Shown here in pieces: positions 16,035-25,698 of a stretch of 52,258 nucleotides of DNA. Location of the stretch: positions 1 through 52,258 of the forward strand of contig JAGAVA010000148.1 of the NCBI GenBank assembly GCA_017620505.1, read 5' to 3'. A program made the position numbers and the translations under genes. The notes beneath the pieces were generated by a model. The model worked only from the letters and a program-made list of their open reading frames with translations. It did not search any database and was not told the origin of the DNA. Within the stretch, counting starts at the first letter, position 1. The number at the start of each line of letters is the position of its first letter. This stretch comes from Clostridia bacterium (GTDB lineage: Bacteria > Bacillota > Clostridia > Oscillospirales > Butyricicoccaceae).

Positions 16035-17678
16035 TCAGGACAGTCGAATGGTGCCGGCCGTCCGGATGTCTCCTTCCTGTGCGGCGTCCAGGATCATGAC
16101 CTTATCACCCTTATTCAAAATGACGGCGATTTCGCACTGGGCCGCCGATACGGCATAGTAGTGGCTTTCGCCGATCAGGCGGAAGTAATACCAGCTGTTG
16201 CCCTCGATGACGGCAGTGCGGATCTCGTCAATGACGCCCTCCACGCCGGTTTCAGCCTCCTGGGACAGACCTTCCTGCCGCAGCAGCTTGGAATAGCTGT
16301 TCTGGCACTCGGGAAGGGTGCTGCCGGTGGCAACCACGTTGTAATTCTGCACGTTGACCATGGCGTACATCTTCACCAGACCAGCGTTATCCTTCAGAGA
16401 CATGAAGTAGGTAGGCTGGCCGTCCACATTGAGCAGCAGGGGGAAAGTGGCCTCATAGCCCAGATGCTGCACCACGCCCTCGGCAGATTCTTCCGCCGAG
16501 TATTCCTCGGCACCGGCGCAGGGATAATATTTTGCCGCCTTGGTGCGCTGGTTCACCAGAATGAAGCCGATGTTGCTCTCGTCACCGCCCAGACTGGTCA
16601 CGCCGGTATACACATACACGTCGTCGTTAAGAGCGATGTAATTGTAGCCCTCGGTGGTGATGGTACAGCCCTTCTGTCCAAAAATGGAGTTGAGGAAGCC
16701 GCTCTGATACTGACCGTAGTAATTGTACTGCTGGATCAGCAGGTCGGCGGCGTACACCCGGTCTACCCAGTCGGGGATATCAGCAGGGGCATAGTAGGTG
16801 CTTTCGCCGGTGATGGCATCCACCAGCACGGCACCCTGCACATCGGTGCCGCCGAACAGGCCGATGGTCTTGACGATGCGGGGACAGATCCACCAGGGGT
16901 TGCCCTCCTCGTCGATCTCAAAATTGGGGCTGTCAAACAGCCAGGTGGGGTAAGAAAACCGCAGATGACGATAGAGATTACGGCCAAAATGGTCGTAAGT
17001 GGTGTATTTCATGCCCTCGGGCAGGCGCACCACCTCGGCGGTTTGCTCCACCATATCCACCCGCACATAGGCCGGCAGGCCGGCCTTTCTGTTGTTGAAC
17101 CATTTGAACAGATCGCCGTAGCGCAGGGTGGCCACACGGACGGGGGTATCCTGCCAGTTGATCTGGTTGTAGTTGCTGGCCACCTCAAACTGAGAGACCA
17201 TGTCGGCCAGCTCGCCCAGCTTGCGGCTGCCCAGCCGTTCGGCAGAGTCCTTGTCCAGCATGGGCACCTTGTCAAAGGAAATCTCGGCAACATCGGCGGC
17301 AAAATCACCGTTTTCGATGGCTAACAGCTGAGTATAGGCATCGCTTCGGAATACCACGCTGCCCAGCAGGGTACCCACTACCAGCACCAGCAGCAGCACC
17401 AGACAGGCCAGCAGCGGCCACTTGCACCGCTTCCAGATGGTGCGGAACACCTCGTTGGGTTCTTCGCCCTCGGTGAGGGTGAAGCCGCCGGTGATCAGGG
17501 TCAGCACGCAGAAAACGCCCACGCACAGCAGGAAAAAGGTGTAAAAGCTCTCGTCGTGCAGGTTGATGGCAGGCAGCGCCACATAGAAATACACGGCGGC
17601 AAAGGCAGCCGTCAGCGCAAGGCACAGGGGCAGCTTGCTTTTGCCCACAACGGTGGCTTTTTTCTTGGGAATATTCAT
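16035..17678 (-). CDS. Uncharacterised membrane protein with a large extracytoplasmic domain
   Basis: Start MNIPKKK is preceded by aggaggag. Three N-terminal TM segments are followed by a ~420-aa soluble region. I do not recognise a family. Confidence 0.6.
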   Translation of the reverse strand: MNIPKKKATVVGKSKLPLCLALTAAFAAVYFYVALPAINLHDESFYTFFLLCVGVFCVLTLITGGFTLTEGEEPNEVFRTIWKRCKWPLLACLVLLLVLVVGTLLGSVVFRSDAYTQLLAIENGDFAADVAEISFDKVPMLDKDSAERLGSRKLGELADMVSQFEVASNYNQINWQDTPVRVATLRYGDLFKWFNNRKAGLPAYVRVDMVEQTAEVVRLPEGMKYTTYDHFGRNLYRHLRFSYPTWLFDSPNFEIDEEGNPWWICPRIVKTIGLFGGTDVQGAVLVDAITGESTYYAPADIPDWVDRVYAADLLIQQYNYYGQYQSGFLNSIFGQKGCTITTEGYNYIALNDDVYVYTGVTSLGGDESNIGFILVNQRTKAAKYYPCAGAEEYSAEESAEGVVQHLGYEATFPLLLNVDGQPTYFMSLKDNAGLVKMYAMVNVQNYNVVATGSTLPECQNSYSKLLRQEGLSQEAETGVEGVIDEIRTAVIEGNSWYYFRLIGESHYYAVSAAQCEIAVILNKGDKVMILDAAQEGDIRTAGTIRLS

Positions 17679-17760
17679 GGAACTCCTCCTTTTCGGAACG
17701 ATTATATCACAATACAAATTCTATCCCAGTTTAATCTCAGTATAACAAAACTGGGGGCTA

Positions 17761-17809
17761 TTGACAACCCTCGATGTTCGAGGTATGATAGATACATAGA
17801 ACATCGAGG
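17761..17809 (+). promoter_or_regulatory. PadR operon promoter with overlapping inverted repeats (candidate operator)
   Basis: TTGACA (17761-17766) - 17 nt - TATGAT (17784-17789). cctcgatgttc (17769-17779) is the inverted repeat of gaacatcgagg (17799-17809). cctcgatgttcgagg is itself a near-palindrome (one central mismatch). The region contains ATGT...ACAT half-sites. Confidence 0.55.
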
Positions 17810-17832
17810 CATCTTTGAAAGGAGGCAAAACC

Positions 17833-18168
17833 ATGGAAAAAAACGGATTGGCAGGAAGTACATCTTTGCTGGTACTGAGCCTTTTGCGGGACGGTGACAA
17901 GTACGGCTATGAAATGATTTCTCAGCTGGCGCTGCGCTCCGAAGGCGTTTTTGAGCTGAAGGAGGGCACCCTCTACCCGGTACTGCACCAGTTGGAGCGA
18001 GAGGGCTGTCTGGAAAGCTATTCGGCACAGGCCGCCTCCGGCCGGACGCGGAAGTATTATCGCCTGACCCCTAAGGGCGTGCGGACGCTGGAGGCGCAGG
18101 AGGCCGAATATCACAAGGTCACCGGGGCAGTGGAGCAGGTTCTGCGCCGCAGCCGGGTGCTGGGCTAA
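17833..18168 (+). CDS. PadR-family transcriptional regulator
   Basis: ...STSLLVLSLLRDGDKYGYEMISQLALRSEGVFELKEGTLYPVLHQLEREGCLESY...RKYYRLTPKG... is a winged-HTH PadR signature. Confidence 0.92.
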   Translation: MEKNGLAGSTSLLVLSLLRDGDKYGYEMISQLALRSEGVFELKEGTLYPVLHQLEREGCLESYSAQAASGRTRKYYRLTPKGVRTLEAQEAEYHKVTGAVEQVLRRSRVLG

Positions 18169-18175
18169 GGGCGCT

Positions 18176-19009
18176 ATGGATTACCTGGCGCGTTTTCAAT
18201 GGCTGAATATCGCCACCAAAGGTATCGCATCCGGAAAAGAGCGATCTGCCGTATATGATGAGCTGTATGACCACATCGAAGACCATATGGATGCCCTTTT
18301 AGCGGCGGGATTTTCCAAAGAATTGGCGGAAGAGCAGGCCATTTCAGCCATGGGTGACCCTCATGATGTGAGCAGACAGCTGCGGAAGGTTCATCAGCCG
18401 ATTTTGACCTGGATCCTCCGGGTGTGCAAGGGTGCGCTGGCCTGCGCCCTGATCCTCTGGCTGCTGTATGCATGGGTGAACCAGCCTTTGGAGGAGCTGG
18501 CTGACCACTGCTATGAGACGCCGTACATCAATTCCATCGGCCTTTCTCAGGAGGATCTGCTGAGCGCTGTGCCGCCAGAGGAACACACCGCCTCTTACCG
18601 CCGAAGCAAGGATGTTTTCCGGCAGGTGCAGATGGGGAACTGCCAGTTCACCATTTCCCGCTATGCCGTCAGCCAAGTGGGATGGTACATCGGCGGCAGC
18701 CGCCATCCCTGGCTGGTGTGTCTCCAGCTGGAGATCACGCCGGAACACTTCTGGCAGCGACCCCGGGTACCGGGCAACTTCACCATGGTGAACGATCAGG
18801 GTGTGGTCGCCACGCCGCAGATGAATGATGGCACCGAGCTGATCGACGCCCACCAGTACCGGGACGGGCGCACCTGTGTTCATGCCATCATTGCCGATTT
18901 TCCCACCGACAGCCGGTGGGTGGATTTGACCTATACCGATGCGGAGAATACCTTTACGCTGCGCATTGATCTGGAAGGAGGGACGGTCTATGAAGCGACC
19001 CCTTCCTAA
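18176..19009 (+). CDS. PadR-associated membrane sensor (DUF1700 / permease-prefix / HAAS-like N-terminal helical module + 1 TM + extracytoplasmic domain), copy 1
   Basis: N-terminus ...ERSAVYDELYDHIEDHMDALLAAGFSKELAEEQAISAMGDPHDVSRQLRKVHQP, then a TM segment ILTWILRVCKGALACALILWLLYAWV, then a ~170-aa domain ending TLRIDLEGGTVYE. Confidence 0.7.
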   Translation: MDYLARFQWLNIATKGIASGKERSAVYDELYDHIEDHMDALLAAGFSKELAEEQAISAMGDPHDVSRQLRKVHQPILTWILRVCKGALACALILWLLYAWVNQPLEELADHCYETPYINSIGLSQEDLLSAVPPEEHTASYRRSKDVFRQVQMGNCQFTISRYAVSQVGWYIGGSRHPWLVCLQLEITPEHFWQRPRVPGNFTMVNDQGVVATPQMNDGTELIDAHQYRDGRTCVHAIIADFPTDSRWVDLTYTDAENTFTLRIDLEGGTVYEATPS

Positions 19010-19685
19010 GCTGCCCAAAGGGCTGCAGCTGGCGCTGGTTTTGTGTGCTCTGCTGTTTTTGGCGCTGTCTTACTGGCAGTTTCTTGGCTGCCCCCGGCTC
19101 AGTGCTGCCCGGGAGCTGCGCCGGATGGAGCGGGATTATCAATATGAACAGACTGCGCTGACGGCTTTGCTGCCCCAGAAGGAAGACAGCCATCTGTCCA
19201 TCGGCCTTTCTGATGACCGCCTCCATGTGACTTTGCTGCAAAAAAACAGCCTGTGGTGGCGGGGAACGACCGACCAGCGCAACGGCTTGCTCTCGCTGAA
19301 AGCCGGAGCAGAGCCCGCCCTCACCTTTCTTCCGTGGGGAATGCCCGACAGCAAAGAGGAGCCCGACCTTCACTGGGCGGCGCTGCTGTATGCCCCCGGT
19401 ACGCAGGCTGCCGACGGCAGGGTGACCCTGACGGTGGACAACGATGGCGCCCAGCAATGGACTTTTTCCGGAAAACCTTGCTGGCAGCAGGACGACTTAT
19501 ATCTGTTTCTGCTGGAGGTGGACGACCATATCATTTCCTGGAACGTTCTGGAAATGGATCTGCGTCGTTATCTGTTGGGCTACCCCGACCCGTCTTCTTT
19601 TGGAATTTCTCTGGAGGCCGTTTTATACGACGACAGCGGTGCACCGCTGTCCACCGTTTACAAGGAATATCCCGCACGGAATTGA
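18990..19685 (+). CDS. N-terminally anchored protein of unknown function, copy 1
   Basis: MKRPLPKLPKGLQLALVLCALLFLALSYW.... The start lies inside the preceding gene (20-nt overlap). It is a paralogue of 20491..21168. Confidence 0.6.
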   Translation: MKRPLPKLPKGLQLALVLCALLFLALSYWQFLGCPRLSAARELRRMERDYQYEQTALTALLPQKEDSHLSIGLSDDRLHVTLLQKNSLWWRGTTDQRNGLLSLKAGAEPALTFLPWGMPDSKEEPDLHWAALLYAPGTQAADGRVTLTVDNDGAQQWTFSGKPCWQQDDLYLFLLEVDDHIISWNVLEMDLRRYLLGYPDPSSFGISLEAVLYDDSGAPLSTVYKEYPARN

Positions 19686-19694
19686 GGTGAGTCT

Positions 19695-20501
19695 ATGTCC
19701 CTTTACAGCACCACTGAATGGCTGCGCATCGCCACGGCGGGTATCGTGTCCCCCAAAGAGCGGGAGCAGGCCAAACAGGAGCTTGCCGACCATATTTTTG
19801 ACCATACCGAAGCCCTGCTGTCCACCGGGCTGACCCGCAGTCAGGCACAGCAGCAGGCGGTCTTTGCCATGGGCGACCCCAATGAGGTGGCAAAACACCT
19901 GCGGCGGGTACACCAGCCCATTTTGACCAAGCTGCTGACCCTGTGCCGCAGAGCGGCTATTGTGCTGGCAGTGGTGACGGTGTGGGTGGTTTTCCTATCC
20001 TCGGGTCGGTTGGAAATGTTCTGGCAAAGAGTAACAAGAGATACACCCGAAATCGTTGAGCCCTCTTATCTGGACCGTCCTTATCAAACCGACCCGCTGC
20101 CCGGAAATGTGGCGTGGCGCATGATCGCCCAACCGGAGCGCACCGTCCGGGCCGGAGATTATGAGGTCTCGGTAAGGCGGCTGAGCATTTCCTACCGCCC
20201 GGAAAGCAGTGTCCCCTGCTACAGCGTCCATATGGAACTGCAGTTCCGCCCCTTGCGGTTCTGGCTGGAGCCTGCAAGCCCGGGATACCACTTCCGACTG
20301 CGCAGTGAAGGCGACTGGGAGCTGACCCCCGACGCATCCGACAGCGACCAAAAGCTGCTGGTGAATGGGTACAGCGACGCGGTGACCCTGTGGGGGTTGT
20401 TCAACCAGCCGCCCACCCAGCTGGAAGTGGAATATTGCGGCGAATACATCAGCTTTATCCTGCCCGTTGACCTGAGCGGAGGTGTGGTTTATGAAAACTA
20501 A
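19695..20501 (+). CDS. PadR-associated membrane sensor, copy 2 (paralogue of 18176..19009)
   Basis: ...EREQAKQELADHIFDHTEALLSTGLTRSQAQQQAVFAMGDPNEVAKHLRRVHQPILTKLL..., then a TM segment, ending ...ILPVDLSGGVVYEN. Confidence 0.7.
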   Translation: MSLYSTTEWLRIATAGIVSPKEREQAKQELADHIFDHTEALLSTGLTRSQAQQQAVFAMGDPNEVAKHLRRVHQPILTKLLTLCRRAAIVLAVVTVWVVFLSSGRLEMFWQRVTRDTPEIVEPSYLDRPYQTDPLPGNVAWRMIAQPERTVRAGDYEVSVRRLSISYRPESSVPCYSVHMELQFRPLRFWLEPASPGYHFRLRSEGDWELTPDASDSDQKLLVNGYSDAVTLWGLFNQPPTQLEVEYCGEYISFILPVDLSGGVVYEN

Positions 20502-21168
20502 ATGGAAACGACTTCCAAAAGGGCTGCGGCTGGCTTTTTTGCTTGTGCTGATCGGACTGATGCTCCTTTGCCTGTGGATGGAGGACAACACCCGCCATCT
20601 TTCTCCTCGAGGCGCTCTGCGGGAAATCGAGCGGCGGTGCTTGCTGGAGCCGGGAACCTTTCTGACCCATCGGTTCGACTTCCCGGAGCGGGGCTTTGGC
20701 ACCGATTATTTCGTGGCTGTCAGCCGCACCGACACCCGGCTGCACGCCGCCGAGCTTTGGCGGGATGGGCTGTGGTGGGAGGGCAATGCACGCCCCATGA
20801 CGGTGCCGCTGGAAGAGCCGGTGACGGCGGTACTGCTGCCCTGGCAGGTGAACATCGAGGACAACCTGGATTGTTACCCGGCGGCGGTGGTGTACTGCAC
20901 CGACCCGGCCGCGGCACAGGTCACGGGAACGCTGACCATTGATGGCGTAACCTTTTCCGGACGGGCAGAAAAGGGCGGCGACAGCTGTTGGCTGCTGGCC
21001 TTTGAGAATCTGGATAAAACAGAATATCCCGATTATCGCGTTGTCATTTCTCGCCTTTTCGGCTACTATCATCAGTTTTTGCCTCTCGGAAGCAGCATTC
21101 AGGTGGATCTGACTGTTTACGACCAAACGGGCAGGGTATTCGCCGAAAAAACACTGAATCTTCCCTGA
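20491..21168 (+). CDS. N-terminally anchored protein of unknown function, copy 2
   Basis: MKTKWKRLPKGLRLAFLLVLIGLMLLCLW.... It has an 11-nt overlap with the preceding gene. Motifs shared with copy 1: LPKGL.LA, LWW.G, a (V/L)T(L/I)(T/D) segment and (V/L)(L/T)VYD..G. Confidence 0.6.
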   Translation: MKTKWKRLPKGLRLAFLLVLIGLMLLCLWMEDNTRHLSPRGALREIERRCLLEPGTFLTHRFDFPERGFGTDYFVAVSRTDTRLHAAELWRDGLWWEGNARPMTVPLEEPVTAVLLPWQVNIEDNLDCYPAAVVYCTDPAAAQVTGTLTIDGVTFSGRAEKGGDSCWLLAFENLDKTEYPDYRVVISRLFGYYHQFLPLGSSIQVDLTVYDQTGRVFAEKTLNLP

Positions 21169-21175
21169 TACTTGA

Positions 21176-21200
21176 AAGAAGCCCAACCGGGCTTCTTTTT
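21176..21200 (+). terminator. Terminator of the PadR operon
   Basis: aagaagcccaaccgggcttcttttt. Confidence 0.75.
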
Positions 21201-21251
21201 CTTGAAGAATGTTTTCTGCCGTGCTATGATTATATATTAAGAAGCCGGGAG

Positions 21252-22160
21252 GTGATGGACATAGAGCGGCTGCAATACATCTGCACAACCGAAGACCAGG
21301 GGCTGGAGGTGCTGACCCTGCTGCGGCGGGAGTTTCGGGTCTCCACCAACCTGCTGCGGCAGCTGAAGGTCACTGAAAACGGCATTATGCTGGACGACGT
21401 TCGTGTCACCGTGCGCCACACTGTGCAGCCGGGACAGGTGCTGTCCATCCTCCGGGAGCCCGACAGCGGCAAGGAGCGGCGGGTGGAGGCCATCGCGGGG
21501 GAACTGGACATCGTCTATGAGGACAGCGACCTGATGATCCTCAACAAACCTGCCGGTCTGGCGGTGCATCCCAGCCCGGGACATTACGACGGCGACACGT
21601 TGGGCAACCGGGTGGTGTACCATCTGACCAAAACCGGGCAGAACCCCACCTTCCGTGCCATCAACCGACTGGATCGGGGCACTTCCGGCCTGATGACCTG
21701 TGCCAAAAACAAGCTTGCGGCCCACCGGCTGGAAGAACTTCTGGCGCAGGACGGCATCCGCCGCACCTACCACGCCGTGTGCGAGGGGGTTGATCTGCCG
21801 GTCAGCGGCACCATCGACCTGCCCATCGGCAGAGCCGAGGGCTTTGGCATCAAGCGGGCCGTCCGGGAGGACGGACAGCGGGCGGTGACCCATTACAGGG
21901 TGCTCAGAGAGCAAAACAACCGTACGCTGCTGGAAATTCAGCTGGAAACCGGTCGCACCCACCAGATTCGGGTGCATTTCAGCCATTTGGGACACCCCCT
22001 GTGTGGTGACTTTATGTACGGACAGGAGATCGAGGGCATGAAGGGCTGTGCGCTGCACTCCTGCGCCATCACCCTGACCCAGCCCTCCACGGGAGCACCG
22101 CTGGCCTTTACCGCACCCGACCCGCCGGTGTTTGCAAAACTGCTGGAGGGGACGCTATGA
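21252..22160 (+). CDS. RluA/RluD-family 23S rRNA pseudouridine synthase
   Basis: S4-like N-terminus, then ...LNKPAGLAVHPS...RLDRGTSGLM...TGRTHQIRVHF.... The exact start (GTG 21252 or ATG 21255) is uncertain. Confidence 0.88.
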   Translation: MMDIERLQYICTTEDQGLEVLTLLRREFRVSTNLLRQLKVTENGIMLDDVRVTVRHTVQPGQVLSILREPDSGKERRVEAIAGELDIVYEDSDLMILNKPAGLAVHPSPGHYDGDTLGNRVVYHLTKTGQNPTFRAINRLDRGTSGLMTCAKNKLAAHRLEELLAQDGIRRTYHAVCEGVDLPVSGTIDLPIGRAEGFGIKRAVREDGQRAVTHYRVLREQNNRTLLEIQLETGRTHQIRVHFSHLGHPLCGDFMYGQEIEGMKGCALHSCAITLTQPSTGAPLAFTAPDPPVFAKLLEGTL

Positions 22161-22981
22161 AGCGGTTTTCTCAATGGTCACCGATGACCTACAAAATCGC
22201 AGTGGAGAAAAACATCGCCCAGCGCAAGGTGAAAGATGCCCTCTCGGGCACAAAATTTGCCTGCAAGCGGCAGACAGAACCGTTGCCCCACTTGATTTAT
22301 GCCCACAATTCCCTCATCCGCCGAACACTGGGACAGGTAGACCCCCGGCTGCAGGACAATAAGGCGGTCAGTCTGGGACTGGCAGCTCCCTGCGTGGACG
22401 GCATCCTCATCGCCCCCGGCGAGACCTTTTCCTTCTGGCGGCTGGTGGGACGATGCACCGCAAAACGGGGCTATCTCCCGGGGATGGTGCTGCACGATGG
22501 CGTACCGAAAGAAGGCATTGGCGGCGGTATGTGCCAATTCACCAACCTGCTTCACTGGATGGCTCTCCACTCTGACCTGACCATCACCGAGCGGCACCAT
22601 CACGACGACTACGACCTGTTCCCCGACTTCGGGCGGCAGGTGCCCTTCGGGGTGGGTACTTCCATTTTATACAATTATCTGGACTATCGCCTGCGCAACG
22701 ACACCGACGATACCTACCAGCTGCTGGTACACAGCGACGGGCAGTATCTCCGGGGTGAGCTGCGTTGCTCCGCACCCATGGAACACGTCTGGCACATTTC
22801 CTGCGAAGAGGAGTATTTTTCCCGGGAAATGGGGCAGTGGTACCGAAACAACAAGGTTTTCCGCCGAAAGGTGGACAAAATCACTGGTCAAACGCTGGAA
22901 AAATCCCTGTTGCAGCAGGCCCACGCCCGGGTACTTTACGACGAACGCTACATTGATCCTGAAAAAAGAAAGGATGTTTAA
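22157..22981 (+). CDS. VanW-family protein
   Basis: ...GETFSFWRLVG...GYLPG.......GIGGGMCQFTNLLHW.... ATGA overlap with the preceding gene. Confidence 0.8.
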   Translation: MKRFSQWSPMTYKIAVEKNIAQRKVKDALSGTKFACKRQTEPLPHLIYAHNSLIRRTLGQVDPRLQDNKAVSLGLAAPCVDGILIAPGETFSFWRLVGRCTAKRGYLPGMVLHDGVPKEGIGGGMCQFTNLLHWMALHSDLTITERHHHDDYDLFPDFGRQVPFGVGTSILYNYLDYRLRNDTDDTYQLLVHSDGQYLRGELRCSAPMEHVWHISCEEEYFSREMGQWYRNNKVFRRKVDKITGQTLEKSLLQQAHARVLYDERYIDPEKRKDV

Positions 22982-22984
22982 GAT

Positions 22985-24631
22985 ATGACTACCTTCCGAC
23001 CCTTTGACGAACAGGGCAACATGATCCGCACCGGCCGAACCGGCTGCGGAAAGACAGGCGTGGTATCGGCAGGCCGTGCCGAGGCCACCGAAATCGGACG
23101 GGATATTCTGGCACAGGGCGGCAACGCCATCGACGCGGCGGTTGCTGTGGCTTTTGCCATGGGTGTCTGCGAGCCCAATGCCAACGGTATCGGCGGCGGC
23201 GGCTTTATGATGATTCGGGACGGCAAGACCGGCAATTGTGTCTTTCTGGATTTCCGGGAAAATGCCCCTGCTGCCGCCTCCCCTGCCATGTATACTCCCA
23301 AAGCGCCCGGCAGCAACGAGGATATAACCCTTTCCAACGTGTACGGCGGCAAGGCGGTAGCCGTTCCCGGCGAGGTGGCCGGTCTGCTCTATGCGCTGGA
23401 GCATTACGGCACCATGACCCCCAAGCAGGTGATTTCTCCCGCCGCCGATCTGGCTCGGGAAGGCTTTGTGGTGACCCCGCTGCTCCACGCCGACATGGAG
23501 GAGCACGCCCCCCAGCTGAAGCAGTACGGCGACGGCTGGAAGATCTATCTGCAGGATGGTCAGCCTTATCCCGTAGGCAGCATTTTGCGCAACCCCGATC
23601 TGGCGGACACCCTGGACAAGATCGCAGAGGGCGGCAAGGATGCCTTCTACAAGGGGGAAATTGCCGACAAGATCATTGCGCAGGTGCAGAAGGACGGCGG
23701 CGTGCTGACCCACGCCGATCTGGAAGGCTTCACTGTCCGGGTGCTGGAGCCGGTGCGGGGCACCTATCGGGGCTATGAACTGATCTCTTCGCCGCCTCCC
23801 TCTTCGGGCGGCACTCACGTGATCCAGATCCTCAATGTACTGGAAAACTTCGACATTTCCGCGCTGGAGGTCAACAGCGTGGAGTATCTCCACCTGTTCT
23901 CCGAGGTGTTCAAGCTTTGTTATGCCGACCGGGCGGCCTATATGGGCGATCCCAACTTTGTGCAGGTGCCGCTGAGTGGTCTGCTGTCCAAGGACTATGC
24001 AAAAGAATTGGCGGCTCGGGTGGATCTTTCCCGTGCACAGGCTCCTGCTGCCGGTGATCCCTGGAAGCACGAAAGTATGTCCACCACCCACTTCTCCATT
24101 GCCGACAAGGAGGGCAATCTGGTGGCGGTGACCCGTACCATCAACCATTTCTTTGGCTCCTGTGTGGTGCCCGAGGGTACCGGCTTTTTGCTCAACGACG
24201 AAATGGAGGACTTCTCCATTGATCCCAACTCGGCCAATGCTGTAGCAGGCGGCAAGGTGCCCCTGTCCTGTATGTCCCCCACCTTTATCCTCAAGGACGG
24301 CAAGCCCTTTGCCGTGCTGGGCAGTCCCGGCGGCATCCGCATCATCTCTTCGGTGGTGCAGGTGATTTCCAAAATGATCGACCACGGTATGCCGCTGGAG
24401 GAGGCCGTCGGCTCTCCCCGTATCGGTGATGATCAGACCGATCTGATGATTTACGAGAGCCGCATCGCTGCCGAAGTGATTGAAAAGCTGCAGAAGATGG
24501 GTCATCCGGTGAAAGCATTTGACGACTGGAACCGGATCATGGGCAGCGTCAACGGGTGCGTCATCCTGCCCGACGGCACCATCGAGGGCGCAGCCGATCC
24601 TCGACGGGACGGCCTTGCCATGGGTCTGTAA
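22985..24631 (+). CDS. ggt: Gamma-glutamyltransferase
   Basis: ...GGNAIDAAVA...GIGGGGFM...PSSGG...STTHFSIADKEGNLVAVTRTIN...GSPGG..I... includes the autoprocessing Thr motif. Confidence 0.9.
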   Translation: MTTFRPFDEQGNMIRTGRTGCGKTGVVSAGRAEATEIGRDILAQGGNAIDAAVAVAFAMGVCEPNANGIGGGGFMMIRDGKTGNCVFLDFRENAPAAASPAMYTPKAPGSNEDITLSNVYGGKAVAVPGEVAGLLYALEHYGTMTPKQVISPAADLAREGFVVTPLLHADMEEHAPQLKQYGDGWKIYLQDGQPYPVGSILRNPDLADTLDKIAEGGKDAFYKGEIADKIIAQVQKDGGVLTHADLEGFTVRVLEPVRGTYRGYELISSPPPSSGGTHVIQILNVLENFDISALEVNSVEYLHLFSEVFKLCYADRAAYMGDPNFVQVPLSGLLSKDYAKELAARVDLSRAQAPAAGDPWKHESMSTTHFSIADKEGNLVAVTRTINHFFGSCVVPEGTGFLLNDEMEDFSIDPNSANAVAGGKVPLSCMSPTFILKDGKPFAVLGSPGGIRIISSVVQVISKMIDHGMPLEEAVGSPRIGDDQTDLMIYESRIAAEVIEKLQKMGHPVKAFDDWNRIMGSVNGCVILPDGTIEGAADPRRDGLAMGL

Positions 24632-24634
24632 CCC

Positions 24635-25597
24635 ATGAGTGCCTTGTTTTGGACGCTGGCAGGGGTGGCGTTCCTGCTGCTGGTGCTCTATTTTCTCTTC
24701 TGCGCCCTGCTGGTATATAAGTTCCTCCACAAGGAGCCCGACAACAGCGAACGCTTTCTGGACAAGCTGGAAATGGGCGGCAACCATGACCACGCCGAAA
24801 CCATTCGCCGGGAGCGCAAGTGGTATCCTGCCCAGCCCAAAGAGGATGTGTGGATGGAGAGCTTTGACGGTCTCCGCCTCCACGGAAACCTGCTGGAACA
24901 ACCCGAAGGAAAAAACGCCCGGGGCACTCTGCTGCTGGCCCACGGTTTCCGCGGCAGCGGCTATGTGGACTTCAGCTGCGCGCTGCGCCCCTATTATGAA
25001 CTGGGCTTCAACCTGCTGGTCATCGATCAGCGGGCACATCTGCAAAGCGAGGGCGAGTACATCACCATGGGCGTCCGGGAGCGGCGGGATGTGCGGGACT
25101 GGGCCCTGTGGCTGCTGCAGAAATACGGCGAAGATCACCCGGTGATTCTGGACGGCATCTCCATGGGCGCGGCATCGGTGCTGATGGCTGCCGGACTGGA
25201 TCTGCCCAAAAATGTGGTGGGTATCATTGCCGACTGCGGCTTTACCTCTCCCCGGGAGATCTTCCACAGCGTGATGACCTCTTCCATCAAGCTGCCCACC
25301 TTTTTGCTTTGGGGGGCAGACATCTGCTGCCGGATCATGGCGGGCTTTTCCATCGACGGCGCTTCTACCGTGGCGGCCATCCGGGATAACCGACTGCCCC
25401 TACTGCTGCTCCACGGTCGGGCCGATGACTTCGTCCCCTGCTGGATGACGGAAAAATGTGCCGCCGCTGCCGTTAACTGCGAAAAATCCGTGGTGCTGGT
25501 AGAGGACGCAGGCCACGGCCTGTCCTTTTTGGTGGATCGGGAGCGGGTTTATGCGGCACTGGTGGAATTTCTGGACAAAGCGTGCCCGAAAAGCTGA
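24635..25597 (+). CDS. Membrane-anchored alpha/beta hydrolase
   Basis: N-terminal TM segment, LLAHGFRGSG, nucleophile elbow GISMGAA, ...LLLLHGRADDFVP.... Confidence 0.8.
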   Translation: MSALFWTLAGVAFLLLVLYFLFCALLVYKFLHKEPDNSERFLDKLEMGGNHDHAETIRRERKWYPAQPKEDVWMESFDGLRLHGNLLEQPEGKNARGTLLLAHGFRGSGYVDFSCALRPYYELGFNLLVIDQRAHLQSEGEYITMGVRERRDVRDWALWLLQKYGEDHPVILDGISMGAASVLMAAGLDLPKNVVGIIADCGFTSPREIFHSVMTSSIKLPTFLLWGADICCRIMAGFSIDGASTVAAIRDNRLPLLLLHGRADDFVPCWMTEKCAAAAVNCEKSVVLVEDAGHGLSFLVDRERVYAALVEFLDKACPKS

Positions 25598-25698
25598 AAT
25601 TCTCGGATTTCGAGAGTGATTTCCGGGTCTGTTGGGTGGCTTTCTCTCCGGCAAAAGGGTAGAATCAAGCCAGAAAACAGACCCGAGGAGGATCCCCC

